This document shows, one piece after another, positions 35,836 to 48,756 of a stretch of 64,000 nt of DNA. Source of the stretch: Octopus sinensis (Eukaryota); contig NC_043017.1 in the NCBI RefSeq assembly GCF_006345805.1, forward strand, positions 6,510,001 through 6,574,000, given 5' to 3'. Both the position numbers and the translations under genes were made by a program. Below the pieces are notes generated by a model. The model ran no database searches. It saw only the letters and a list, made by a program, of their open reading frames with translations, and was not told the DNA's origin. The number at the start of each line of letters is the position of its first letter. The stretch's first letter is position 1.

Positions 35836-35911
35836 GTCTCTGATGACGTAATACCCAATGTACGAACGTGCTAACCAACCACTTGGGTGATCGCAGAAAC
35901 GGCTGTAAGAC
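35836..35911 (+). ncRNA. Penelope-type hammerhead ribozyme motif with long stem II
   Basis: GTCT-CTGATGA-(49 nt containing ATACCCAA/TTGGGTGAT pairing)-GAA-ACGGCTGT-A-AGAC; stem I is perfect, stem III near-palindromic. Confidence 0.55.
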
Positions 35912-36021
35912 TTCAAATTCACTTTACTCTAATTAAATTTTTCTAAATGACTGGAGATATTCGTTCTGCCTTGGTTTTGCTTTTGCCTCTAATATAATGT
36001 GTGTTTATATATGTATGTATA

Positions 36022-36080
<59 letters not shown>

Positions 36081-36136
36081 CATGTGTATATGTATTTTTT
36101 ACATGTATGTATATATGTATATATATTTTTTGTATG

Positions 36137-36167
<31 letters not shown>

Positions 36168-36859
36168 GTATATATATATGTGTGTGTGTGTGTATATATA
36201 CATAATATATATGTGTGTGTGTGTGTATATATACATAATATATATATATATATATTATATACACATGCATGTACGTATAGACATGTATTTGTATGTGTGT
36301 GTATGTCTATATATGTGTATATATATACATTATATATATATATACATATTATATACATACACATGTATATATAGACATATTTGTGTGTGTGTATGTCTAT
36401 ATATGTGTGTGTATATCTATGTGTATGTGTGTGTGTGTATATATTTGTAAATATTTTTGTGCAGCCTCTCCCAGTGTTCGTTGACCTCAGCTGCTATATG
36501 TGAACATATATATGCACCCACACGTGCAACTTGTTGCGGTTACCATGGACACAATGTTATGTGTAATGGCTGCCAAACACATACAATGGAACCTTTTCAT
36601 AGCCGCCTGGCCTACTAGAAATAGCAGCCAAACGTACCTGAAACCACACCGTAGCATCTTAAAAAGGGTTTGTCGCAGAAGGTCATCAAAGTTCGGTATT
36701 CCTGCTAAAAAGGTCGAAATAATCGTAGCTTGAATAGTTTTCATCTGAAGTTTTGCTTTGATCGGAGCAGACTTCCGGCTAAACATTGTTATCGACAGGC
36801 CAATATATTATTCAATATTATGCATACACACACACTCAAACACTCACACACACACACGC

Positions 36860-37375
36860 ACACATAGATAATGTATAAACCCCAATAACAACAGCTTGCT
36901 GGTATATATAGCATTGTACATACATATACATACACACACACACATATATAGATGATGTATAAACACCAATAACAGCAGCTTGCTGGTATATATAGCATTG
37001 TACATACATATACATACATACACACACACACACACATATATACATGATGTATAAACACCAATAACAACAGCATGCTGATATATATAGCATTGTACATACA
37101 TATACATACACACACACACATATATACATGATGTATAAACACCAATAACAACAGCATGCTGATATATATAGCATTGTACATACATATACATACACACACA
37201 CACATATATACATGATGTATAAACACCAATAACAACAGCATGCTGATATATATAGCATTGTACATACATATACATACACACACACACACACATATATACA
37301 TGATGTATAAACACCAATAACAACAGCATGCTGATATATATAGCATTGTACATACATACACACAGTATTGTAAAT
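36860..37375. repeat. ~58-60-bp minisatellite, about 8 units
   Basis: gatgtataaacaccaataacaacagcatgctgatatatatagcattgtacatacatatacat(ac)n repeated. Confidence 0.95.
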
Positions 37376-37521
37376 GCACACCTGTATATATATATGCACA
37401 GCCTTTCCTCACTTAAAAAAAAATCTTCTTGCACAGGCATTGCACGTTAACAACATTGATTAAGCTTCGTGCAATGACCATACTCGATAACGAGGGGGCA
37501 GCCACCTTGTATGTATGTATG

Positions 37522-37567
<46 letters not shown>

Positions 37568-37585
37568 TATAAATATATATATACG

Positions 37586-37980
37586 TAGGCGCAGGAGAGG
37601 CTGTGTGGTAAGAAGCTTGCTTTGCAACCACATGGTTCCGGGTTCAGTCTCACTGCGTGGCATCTTGGGCAAAGTGTCTTCTGCTATAGCCTTAGGCCAA
37701 CCAAGGCCTTGTGAGTGGATTTGGTAGACGGAAACTGAAAGAAGCCCGTCGTATATGTGTATGTTTGTGTGTATGTTTGAGTGTCTGCATTTGTTGCCCC
37801 AACATCTGTTGACAACAGATGTTGGTGTGTTTACATCCCTGTAATTTAGCGGTTGGCAAAAAAAGAACCAATAGAATAAGTACCAGGCTTACAAAGAATA
37901 AGTACTGGTGTTAATTTGCTTAACTAAAGGCAGTGCTCCAGCATGGCCACAGTCAAACGACTGAAACAAATAAAAGAATA
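37586..37980 (+). mobile_element. SINE family A, full length
   Basis: Head, linker and tail. Confidence 0.88.
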
Positions 37981-38017
37981 TAGATATATACACACACAGA
38001 AACATGCACACACATAC

Positions 38018-38060
<43 letters not shown>

Positions 38061-38084
38061 GACTCAGGTGTAAGTGTGTGGTAA

Positions 38085-38318
38085 CTCTTTATTCTTTACT
38101 CTTTTACTTGTTTCAGTCATTTGACTGCGGCCATGCTGGAGCACTGCCTTTAGTCGAGCAAATTGACCCCGGAACTTATTCTTTGTAAGCCCAGTACTTA
38201 TTCTATCGGTCTCTTTTGCTGCTAAGTGACGGGGACGTAAACACACCAGCATTGGTTGTCAGGCAATGCTAGGGGGACAAACACAGACACACAAAACACA
38301 CAAAACACACACACACAA

Positions 38319-38355
<37 letters not shown>

Positions 38356-38500
38356 CATATATACGACAGGCTTTTTTCAGGCATTGGTCGACCCGAGACT
38401 ATAGCAGAAGACACTTGCCCAAGATGCCACGCAGTGGGACTGAACCCGGAACCGTGTGGTTGGTTAGCAAGCTACTTACCACACAGCCACTCCTGCGCCT
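38085..38500 (-). mobile_element. SINE family A, inverted relative to the 37586 copy
   Basis: Reverse complement of the consensus, with a small deletion in the head. Confidence 0.88.
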
Positions 38501-39114
38501 GAGATTTCTTTCTTAATAACATGGATCTGGGTTCAGTCCCACTGCATGGCACTTTGGGCGAGTGCCTTCTGCTATAGCCTCAGGAGTGGTTGCCGTTAGG
38601 AAGGGCATCCAGCTGTAGAAACCATGCCAAATCAGAAGACTGGAATCTGGTGCAGCCCCACCCCCACAGCTCATCAGCTCCAGTCAAACCATCTAACCCA
38701 TGCCAGCATGGAAAATGGACGTTAAATGATAATGATGATGATGACTATTATTGATGTCATTGTTGTTAGTGATGTGTAGTGTTATGATACTGTTGTTATT
38801 GTTGGTGTTTGTGGTGGTGGTGTTGTTAGTAAACCTGATATTGTTGTAGTTATTATCATTGTTAGTGTTGTTGTTGTTGTTGTTGTTATCATCATTAGTG
38901 ATATCATTGTTAGTTCTGTTGCTGTTGTTGTTGCTGTTGGTGGTGGTGGTGGTGGTGTCATTTTTGTTTGCCTTATTGTTAAAAAACCGACAAAGTAATT
39001 CATTGTAATCTGACTCACTCCTGTGTTGTCTTGAATAAAATTTAATAAATTACAGAGTGTAACTTTCTCCTCATTTGAATATATGTCAAGAGGGAGAGAA
39101 GGGGGGAGAGAGGA

Positions 39115-39116
39115 AG

Positions 39117-39207
<91 letters not shown>

Positions 39208-39364
39208 CAGACACAGAGATAGATAGAGAGAGATAGACAGACAGACACACACAGATAGATAGATAAAGAGATAGACAGATAGATACATAGATAGATAGAT
39301 AGATAGATAGATAGACAGACAGACACACACAGATAGATAGATAAAGAGATAGACAGATAGATAC

Positions 39365-39397
<33 letters not shown>

Positions 39398-39480
39398 CAT
39401 ATAGATAGATAGATAGATGGACAGACAGACAGATAGATAGATAGATAGATAGATAGACAGACAAATAGATAGATAAAAGG
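39115..39480. repeat. (GATA)n microsatellite
   Basis: Read directly from the sequence. Confidence 0.97.
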
Positions 39481-39779
39481 GAGGAGTAATAGATACATAA
39501 GGAAGAAAGGGAGATGTGTGCCAGAAGAGAGAAATGGTAAGGGAAGAAGACAGGAAGGAGTGGTGTGTTTGTGTGTATGCGTATGGGAGAGAGAGAAGTA
39601 TGTGTATGAATGAAGACTGGTGTATGGTGGAAAGAAAGAGATAGTGGTGTGTATTAGAGAGAAAGGAATTTGCTTTATATGAGAAAGAGAGAGAGGAAGA
39701 GAAGTTGTGAAAGAGTGATATGAAGGTGGTGTAAGAAGGAGAGAGAAACAGGGTGTGGGTATCTGATGTGGTGTGTGTG

Positions 39780-39823
39780 TGAGAGAGAGAGAGGGTGTGT
39801 GAATGGGAGCATGGTAGTGTGTC

Positions 39824-39876
<53 letters not shown>

Positions 39877-40055
39877 ATTAGAGAATGAAGAGTGAAAGAA
39901 AGTGAGAGAAAGAGGGAGGACAGCGAAGGAAGAGAGAAAGAGAGAGAGAGATCCTGGTTTTGGACGCATAATTAGGTTAAAGCAATTTACTTAGTCGTTA
40001 ATGACGGGGTGAATTTCTAAGAAAGTATGACTTTCTGAACAAAAAAAAAAAAAAT
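39780..40055 (+). repeat. Copy 1 of a ~250-bp near-identical direct duplication
   Basis: Matches 43150-43390, including a 90-nt identical unique core atcctggttttggacgcataatt...ctttctgaac followed by an A-run. Confidence 0.9.
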
Positions 40056-40332
40056 AATAATAATAATAATAGGGAAAGAAAATAGTCTTGATATTTGTCA
40101 GTCATTCATTTTTGTTTTGTTGGTTTGTCTTGTTATTATTCATACCCGATTGTTTTTTTTGTGTTTTTTAATTATGTTCTTTTCTTTAATAATATGAGAA
40201 GTTTCTTCAGTTTTACAATATTGTAAAAAAAAAAAAAAAAAAGCTAAGACATCCATTTTGTTCTGAAATCAATATTTTAAAAATCCAGTTGCAGTATTTT
40301 GCACCTTTTTCTTAAAATATTTGGCATTCGTT

Positions 40333-40414
<82 letters not shown>

Positions 40415-40417
<3 letters not shown>

Positions 40418-40745
40418 CAATACCAGTGATTGTAGGAGCACTAGGAATGATCAAGAAGGGAACCGAAAATTATATGAGAATGATCCCTGGCTTACCATCC
40501 CTGCAAGAAGTGCAAAAGATTGTCTTAACTGGTACATCACACGTATTGAGAAGAGCATTGTCGATGTGAGAACTACTACTACCCATGTATTTTAATTTAA
40601 CTTTAAAAAAAAAAAAAAATCGAACGAACTAGTGAGTTTAGTTTAATGGCCTACCAATGTATACTATGAGTTTCTTTGCCCTAGGAGTCGGGAAGACACT
40701 CGGCAAGAAATGGAAGCAAATTTGAAAGAAGAGGAAAAAAAAAGA
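40415..40745 (+). mobile_element. 5'-truncated Dong/R4-like (RLE-type) non-LTR retrotransposon inside (TAA)n
   Basis: TIPVIVGALGMIKKGTENYMRMIPGLPSLQEVQKIVLTGTSHVLRRALSM* (stop 40567-40569) resembles the R4-clade C-terminus; (TAA)n on both sides. Confidence 0.7.
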
Positions 40746-40764
40746 TAACAATAATAATAATAAT

Positions 40765-41100
40765 AACTATTTCTTTACTACCCACAAGGGGCTAAACACA
40801 GAAGGGACAAACAAGGACAGACAAACGGATTAATTTGATTACATCGACCCCAGTGTGTAACTGGTACTCAATTTATTGACTCCGAAAGGATCAAAGGCAA
40901 AGTCGACCTCGGTGGAATTTGAACTCAAAACGTAATAGCAGACTAAATACCGCTAAGCATTTCGCCCGGTGTGCTAACGTTTCTGCCAGCTCGCCGCCTT
41001 AACAACAACAATCCTTTCTACTCTAGGCACAAGACCTGAAATTTTAGGGGAGAGGACTAGGCGATTACATCGACCCCCAGTATCTCACTGGTACTGAAGT
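40765..41100 (-). mobile_element. SINE family B (complete copy plus an adjacent alternative-tail fragment)
   Basis: Reverse complement of the consensus. Another copy at 41395-41600. Confidence 0.85.
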
Positions 41101-41641
41101 TATTGCCACTGTCTATATCTCTCCCTTCCTTTACCCAACCATCTCATCTATACTCTGTGAGTATGCCCATCATTATGCCACTATCTCTATCCTGCTGTCT
41201 CCCACTCTGTCTCCTTCTCAAATTGGTATTATTTAATAATATTAATTTCTACCCTTATTATTTAATTAAAGATAAAAGTTATTTCCATAATCAGCATTGA
41301 AAATACTGTAAAAAAAAAAAGCAATAAAAAAATTCGTCTGAAAATGAAACGTTTTCTCCAAAAAAAGTCACTGGGTAAGTAGGTTAATAACTTTCTACCA
41401 TAGGCCCAGGGCCTGATAGTTTGAGGGGAGGAACTAGTTAGTTAAATTGACCCCAGTGCTCAACTGGTATGTGTTTTATCGACCGCCAAAAGGACAAAAG
41501 ACTAAGTCAACCTTGGTTGGATCTAAACACAGAATGTAAAGTTGATGGATTGCTGCTAAGCACTTTGTCTGATGTGCTCATGATTCAGCCAGCTTGCTGC
41601 CTTTACAATTATGATGATGATGATGATGATACAAGTAATTC

Positions 41642-42107
41642 TTATTACCTCTGCCTTAGCAAAGGTGGAGGTATTGTTTTCAGTGATGTTTGTCTGTTTG
41701 TTTGTCCATGGACAAGAACCACTGGATGGATTCGGTTAAAACTATCAAGGATGTTTGGCCTTGTGACTGGCCCGAACTGATTAGATTTTGGGATCAATCT
41801 GGTACCAGACAAGGATTCTGGATTATTTGTTATATTTATTTTATTTTATGTGAAGTATAATGATATTACGTTGACTTTCAAGTCTTTCTCTTATCTCCTT
41901 TATATTTTATATTATACATACCGGATAATTTTTCCGCTTTTTTTACTTAATTTTTGAGAGCAGACAGGTTCATTTTTAGTATTCTTGTTTGCGAGAGCAA
42001 TCAAGTTTATTTCAGACATTCTCATTTTAAAACTCATCTTTTGTTAATCATTGAGAGGATGTTGGTGTTGCCTTGGTGGAGGTTTGTGCTCTCTGAGTGC
42101 TCTTGTT
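41642..42107 (+). mobile_element. Helentron-associated (HINE/DINE-like) non-autonomous element
   Basis: 5' ttattacctctgcc...ggtggagg hairpin followed by a tgtttgtctgtt tract; 3' ccttggtggaggtttgtgctctctgagtgctcttgtt. Confidence 0.55.
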
Positions 42108-43149
42108 ATTATTTAAATCCTACCCCATCAAAAGTTGTAAGCAAGGATTCAAAACCAAGTCTCTAGATACTTGGTCAGACATTACGACCAAACCACAATG
42201 GTTTCACATGATCGGTCTGTTAAAGCAACCTGTCAGCATCAAGATTCCATCTTCTAGAATCTTCTTACACCCTATAAAAGGCCACTTTCGGCAGTAATTG
42301 CAGATCGTTGAGGTAACTACGATATGTTTCTCAGTTCTTGCAACACCAGATGGTGTGGGTTTTTACAGCCAGACAACCCAGGAAAACAGCTAAGACAAAT
42401 GGCACAGATAGATGAAAGGAAGATCTGACACCACAAATACAGCACAATTGTTTCCAGTTATACCGGGCAAACCTGATATTGCTGTATGAATAGCTTGCTG
42501 TAATCTTCAAGTAGTATTTCTCTTTCTCCTTGTATGTAATTTTTGCTTGTTATTTGCAACAGGCCAACGTAGTTTGTCTTTGTATGTGATAAATCTTCTG
42601 TTAATTGTTCGTGGGGTGTTATTCAATTACTTCTGCATGCAGCCCAAGACACAACATATTTTCATTCATTAACACAACCAGTCTACCGCCAGACTAGACT
42701 AACAGCAACAACAACAACAACAACAACACCCAAGCGACAAAGTTGATAAAGAAAGAAAGGAAATAGGAAATAAGTTAATTAATTCTTTATTGAAATTGAA
42801 GTAACAAGTTAACAAAAGACATAATTAACACCAAAGAATGAACCACGTTGTGTGTGTACATATTTTTACCTGTTACCTTTTTCAGTCATTAGTCTGCGGC
42901 CATGCTGGGGCACTGTCTTGAAAAATTTTTAGTCAAAAGAATTGACCCCAGTTCTTTTTTTTTTCTAAATTTGGTGCTTATTCTTTTGGTCTATTTTGCT
43001 GAAATGCTAAGTTACGGTGGACGTAAACAAACTAACATGGGTTGTCAGGTGGTGGTGGGAGACAAAGACACACACATATATGTGGGTGTCTGAGTAGAAG
43101 ATGTATGTGTGTGTGTGCATGCGTGTGTGCCTTATGCACATGTGTGTAT

Positions 43150-43390
43150 GTGAGAGAGAGAGGGTGTGTGAATGGGAGCATGGTAGTGTGTATGTGTGCG
43201 TGAGAGAGAGAGAGAGAGAGTCAGAATTGGAGAATTAGAGAAAGTGAGAGAAAGAGGGAGGACAGCGAAGGAAGAGAGAGAGAGAGAGAGATCCTGGTTT
43301 TGGACGCATAATTAGGTTAAAGCAATTTACTTAGTCGTTAATGACGGGGTGAATTTCTAAGAAAGTATGACTTTCTGAACAAAAAAAATA
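43150..43390 (+). repeat. Copy 2 of the ~250-bp direct duplication
   Basis: See 39780-40055. Confidence 0.9.
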
Positions 43391-43439
43391 AATAAAATAG
43401 ACCCAGGAAGACATGGGATAGGCAGTCAAGCATACCTCA

Positions 43440-43980
43440 GAGCGTTGGGCCTCACTGAGCAATGGCGAAGGACCGAGATCTCTGGAGATATGCTGTGACT
43501 GCAAAGACCCGGGCTGCTTCCTGCATCAGTTCCGCATAGCCCCTGCCCATTCAAAGTACCCGATCCCAGATCGTCCCGCTGTGCTTGAGGAGACCTGTTG
43601 ATTCAGTACATAACACTCCGAACACCCCTCCCCACTTGGTGCTCCCCTATATTTCTGCACCCCATCCCCACATAAAAAGCACCATCCGAACGTGGCCGAT
43701 GCCAGCACCGCCCCGACTGGCTTCTGTGCAGGTGGCACATAAAAAGCACCAACCGACCGTGGCCGATGCCAAAGACCCCTCTGCACCTGTGCAGGTGGCA
43801 CGTAAAAAGCACCCACTACACTCGCGGAGTGGTTGGCGTTAGTGGGCATCCAGCTGTAGAAAACTGCCAGACCAGACTGGAGCCTGGGGCAGCCCCTGGC
43901 TCCCCAGACCCCGTCGAAACTGTCCAACCCGTGCTAGCGTGGAAAACGGACGTTTAAACGATGATGATGATGATGATGAA
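43440..43980 (+). mobile_element. RTE LINE 3' end (ORF2 C-terminus, 3' UTR repeats, (GAT)n tail)
   Basis: L...MAKDRDLWRYAV-like end, aaaagcacc modules, ggttggcgttag...gggcatccagctgtagaaa core, (gat)n tail. Confidence 0.8.
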
Positions 43981-44129
43981 TAATACGTTTCCATCTACCA
44001 ATTCCACTCACAAGACTTTGGTCAGCCAAAGGCATTAGTAGCAGACACTTGCCCAGAAACCTGGATTTTTATCTACTCCATTCTCTAATTTTTGAACATG
44101 GGTGACATGCCATGCTTGAGGAGACCTAT

Positions 44130-44500
44130 TGAGTCAAGTACATGGAAACCAAAATAAAATGGAAATTGTAGTTGTGATCCCCGTGCCTGTGGCGCGTAAA
44201 AAGCACAATCTGAACGTGGCTGAAGCCAGTGCCGCTTTGACTGGCTTCCATGCTGGTGGCACATAAAAAGCATCAACCGATCGTGGTAGTTGCCAGCCCC
44301 CTCTGACCCCTGTGCCAGTGGCATGTAAAAAGCACCCACTACACTCTTGGAGTGGTTGTTGTTAGGAAGGGCATCCAGCTTTAGAAACTTTGCCAGATCA
44401 AACTGGAGCCTGGTGCAGCCTACTTGATTCCCAGACCCCATTTGAACCGTCCAATCCATGCCAGCATGGAAAACGGACGTTAAACAAAGATGATGATGAT
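44130..44500 (+). mobile_element. RTE-type 3' end
   Basis: Same modules, core and tail. Further plus-strand copies at about 26660-26850, 33540-33700, 38585-38740, 45995-46180 and 59760-59860. Confidence 0.8.
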
Positions 44501-45339
44501 GACGATATATGACGGGCTTCTTTCAGTTTCCGTTTTCCAAACCCACTCACAAGGCTTTGGTCGGCCCAAGGTTATAGTAGAAGACACTTGCCCAAGGTGC
44601 CATGCAGTGGGACTGAATCCAAGACCATGTGATTGGGAAGGAAACTGCTTAACCATACAGCCACGCCCTACTTTGGAAAAATAAACGATAAAAAAAAAAA
44701 ATTAAACGTATTGTAATGTGACTCTTGAGTGTGCTTCTGAGATACTGAGATTCATTAATTGCAGAGAATAAATTAGAGATAATTCGTTAATATTCAGAGC
44801 TGTGTCTGATCAGGAATTCTTACATGTGATATAAGCATATCGCTGGTGCCCCATGGTTAATAAGATACTTGACTTCTCAGCTGGAAATGTGTGACTTTGC
44901 AACTCTCTGCATCTACAATCGTGTCAATTTAATTTAATTTTAGATAAAAAGAAAAAAAAAAAAACAAAACAAAAGACAAAACAAACAAAAAGTAACCACA
45001 ATGGAAGATACTTGGCTAATGATTCAATCTTTTAACCACCACCACCACCACCCCCTCACTTGTATTTATTTTTTGTTCGTACTTTTTTCTTTTTATAATA
45101 TATTTATTTTTATTTTTACGTCTTCTATTGCTCTCGTTAACCACTTTACTCTTCTGCACGCATATACCTCAGCATATCTTACACTCATGCTATGATGTTT
45201 CATCAGCCATGCTTTCGTTCGGCCTACGTCAACTCTTCTACACTTTACATTCGCACTTTTCCATTCGACTACATCCCTGAGTGATCACTCATCTAAAACC
45301 ACCCCTCCACTTGGTTTACACCTGTACTTCCACTCAACT

Positions 45340-45630
45340 ACGTCAACTGTTACACTCATCTTCTTCCACTCATCTTAAATCCATCCAGCCACAAATCCTT
45401 CACTCCCACTTCCACTCACCCTACACTCCCACTTCCACTCACCCTACACTCCCACTTCCACTCATCCTACACTCCCACTTCCACTTATCCTATACTCCCA
45501 CTTCCACTACTCCTATACTCCCACTTCCACTCATCCTATACTCCCACTTCCACTCATCCCACACTCACACTTCCACTCATCTTAAGTCCATCCAGCCACA
45601 AATCATTCACCTCCACTTCCACTCACGGTA
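45340..45630. repeat. 23-24-bp minisatellite bracketed by a ~36-bp direct repeat
   Basis: cccacttccactcatcctacact about 9 times; ttccactcatcttaa.tccatccagccacaaatc at about 45363 and 45571. Confidence 0.9.
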
Positions 45631-45995
45631 TTTCGTCTGTTTTTACGTTCTGCGTTCAAATTCCACCGAGGTCAACTTTGCCTTTCATCCTTTCGGGGCC
45701 GATTAAATAAGTACCAGTTATGCACTGGGGTCGATATAATCGACTTAATCCGTTTCTCTGTCCATGTTTGTCCTCTCTGCGGTTTACCCCCTTGTGGGTA
45801 GTAAAGAAATAGGTATTTCATCTGCCGCTATGTTCTGAGTTCAAATTCCGCTGAGGTCGACTTTGCCTTTCATCCTCTCGGGGTCGATTAAATAAGTACC
45901 AGTTACGCACTGGTGTCGATATAATTGACTTAATCCATTTGTCCTTGTTTGTCCTCTCTGTGTTTATCTCCTTGTGGGTAGTAAAGAAATAGGTA
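45624..45995 (+). mobile_element. SINE family B tandem dimer
   Basis: Same gaaata|ggtatttc junction at about 45812. Confidence 0.85.
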
Positions 45996-46714
45996 TGTAA
46001 AAAGCATCAATTACACTCTTGGAGTAGTTGGCATTACAAAGGGCATCCAGCTGTAGAAACCATTCTAGATCAGATTGGAACCTGGTTCAGCTCCCTAGCT
46101 TACCAGTTTTCTGTGAAACCTTCCGACCCATGCCAGCATGGTAAATGGATGTTAGATGATGATGATGATGATGATGATAAATTTGGCAGAATAATCTAAC
46201 TTCTAAAGGATTAAAGCAATGCTCTACAACAGAAATATGGTAACAAAAGGTTTAAGAATTTCATAAAGCCATATTTTCTGGGTGAGTTTAAAATGGTTTT
46301 GTAGTTTGTTGGTTGGTTGGTGGGGTTTTGCAAGTGGAGTGAGGGTGAAGTGTGTTTGGATTACTAGTGTAGTGTTTGATGGTGGGGGTCATTATGAAGG
46401 TAGGCAGGTTGTTTAACTGAGTCAGCAGGGTGGGGAACGAAGTCTTTCTTTAGAACTAATACACATCATCTCTCCATCGTCCAGTCTGTTCCAGCTGTGG
46501 AATAATCCTACATACATGTGTGTGTGTGTTTGTGGATCTACGTCTGTGTGTGTGTGTGTGTGTATGTCCATGCACATGTGTGTGTACATATGTGTTTGTG
46601 TGTGTGTGTGTATTTCTATGTCTATGTGTGCATGTGTGTGTACATATGTCCCTGTGCGTGTGTGTGTGATCACATCTCTCTGCATATGTATGTCTCTATG
46701 TGTCTGTATGGTCT

Positions 46715-47060
46715 GTGTGGATGTGTATATGTATGGTCTGTGGATGTGTATATGTATGGTCTGTGGGTGTGTGTATGTATGGTCTGTGTGGGTGTGTGTA
46801 TGTATGGTCTGTGTGGGTGTGTGTATGTATGGTCTGTGTGGGTGTGTATATGTATGGTCTGTGTGGGTGTGTATATGTATGGTCTGTGTGGGTGTGTATA
46901 TGTATGGTCTGTGGGTGTGTATATGTATGGTCTGTGTGGGTGTGTGTATGTATGGTCTGTGTGGATGTGTATATGTATGGTCTGGGTGTGTGTGTATGTA
47001 TGGTTTGTGTGGGTGTGTGTATGTATGGTCTGTGTGGGTGTGTGTATGTATGTCTATGTA
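46715..47060. repeat. 24-26-bp minisatellite inside a TG-rich field
   Basis: atgtatggtctgtgtgggtgtgt(a/g)t about 13 times. Confidence 0.92.
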
Positions 47061-48327
47061 TATGTGTGTGTGTATGTATGTCTCTGTATATGTGTGTGTA
47101 TGTATGTGCGCATGTGTGTGTATACATGTCTGTGTGTGCATGTGAATGTACATCTTTGTGTGTATGTATGTCTATGTGTGTGTGTGTGTATGTATGTGTG
47201 CACATGTTTGTACATATATCTGTATATGCCCATATGCCAGTGTATGTATATGTATGTACACTCATCTCTTTGTGTCTGTGTGCATGTCACTGAATGCCTG
47301 TGTGTATATATGCCCGTATGTATATGTCTGTACGTTTGCACTTGCTTGCGTGTACATATGTTTCAGAGTATGTATGCGTGCGTGTGTGTGTGTGTGTGAG
47401 CATACATGCAAGTGTGTGTGTGTGTGTGTGTGTTTGATATATAACAGCTGTGATTGACTAAAGGATGGAGGTGGTTTCCAGATTGCACACACATACACAC
47501 ACATGCACACACACACACATACGCACACACATGCATGCATAGAAACACACAATCATATATATATACACACATATACACATTCCAGTGTATATAAAGGAAA
47601 TTATTAATATATCAAAACCAGACCGTAGTTTTATGTTGCTTATCCCAGTAGATATGCTCTGTTGTGGTTGTCGCTATGGCGATGGTAGTGGCAGTGGTGG
47701 TGGTGATGGTGATGGTGGTGGTAGTATGTTAGTAATATTGATGATTGTATAGTGGTAGTGACGGGTGGAGTGTCGTGATAATAGTGTCAGTGATATAAGT
47801 GATGGTGGTGGTGGTGGTGGTAGTGGTAGTGGTAGTAGAAGTGGTTGTGATTTTAGTGCTACTAGTAAAGGTCGTAGCAACAGTTGTAATAATCGTGCAA
47901 GTAGTAATAGTAGTAGCAGCAACAGCAGTAGTAGTAGTAGTAGTAATTGTGGTGTTTGTGGTGGTGGTAGTATTAGTAGTAGTAGTTGTAGTAATGTTGT
48001 TAGTGGTGGTAATATTGTTAGTAGTAGTAGTAGTAGTAGTCGTAACTAGTAGTAAAGGTGTTAGTAGAGTGGTGATGGTATTTTTCTTTCCCAAGGCAGT
48101 GCACTGGCAGAATCATTAGCACGCGGGCGAAATGCTTAGCGGCATTTCACCCCTCGTTATGTTCTGAGTTCAAATTCTGCCAAGGTTGACTTTGCCTTTC
48201 ATCCTTACAGGGCCAATAAATTAAGTAATAGTGAAACACTGGGGTCGATATTATCAACTAGTCCCTTCCCTACAAATTTTGGGCCTTGTGCCTATGGTAG
48301 AAATTATTATTATTATTATTATTAATC

Positions 48328-48364
<37 letters not shown>

Positions 48365-48756
48365 CAGCAGCAGCAGTAGTAGTAGTAGTAGTAATCGTGT
48401 TGGTGGTGGGGGTGTTGGTAATAGTAGTAGTAATGGGGGTATTGGTTGAGGTAGTAGTGGTTGTAGTAATCATGCAAGTGGTAGTGGTGGTGGTGGCAGT
48501 GATGGTATGCTTGGTGAAGTCAATCCTCGGTGAAACATGTATGAGTAAGATTTTAGTCACGGTTCCAGGCTGTTTCGCTCCACCAACTCCATTTCCTACA
48601 TCTTCTTATACTAACCATGCAGCCCCTATGCGGTCTGCCGACATGCTAGAAATAAAAACCATATCTCTCTCTCATGTCATATAATACCTTAAAACCAAAA
48701 AAAAATAAATATTACGCTTATGTATTTGTGTATTGCAAGATTGTTGATCTTGGAAG

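Noticed and set aside
36860-37375. Regularly spaced repeats here and in the SINE-B arrays as possible CRISPR-like arrays
   Set aside because: The units are contiguous with no unique spacers, there are no cas genes, and the context is eukaryotic.
44820-44875. Minus-strand KYLINHGAP, resembling the exon 3 INHGA or an ankyrin motif
   Set aside because: Stop codons on both sides and no usable splice sites.
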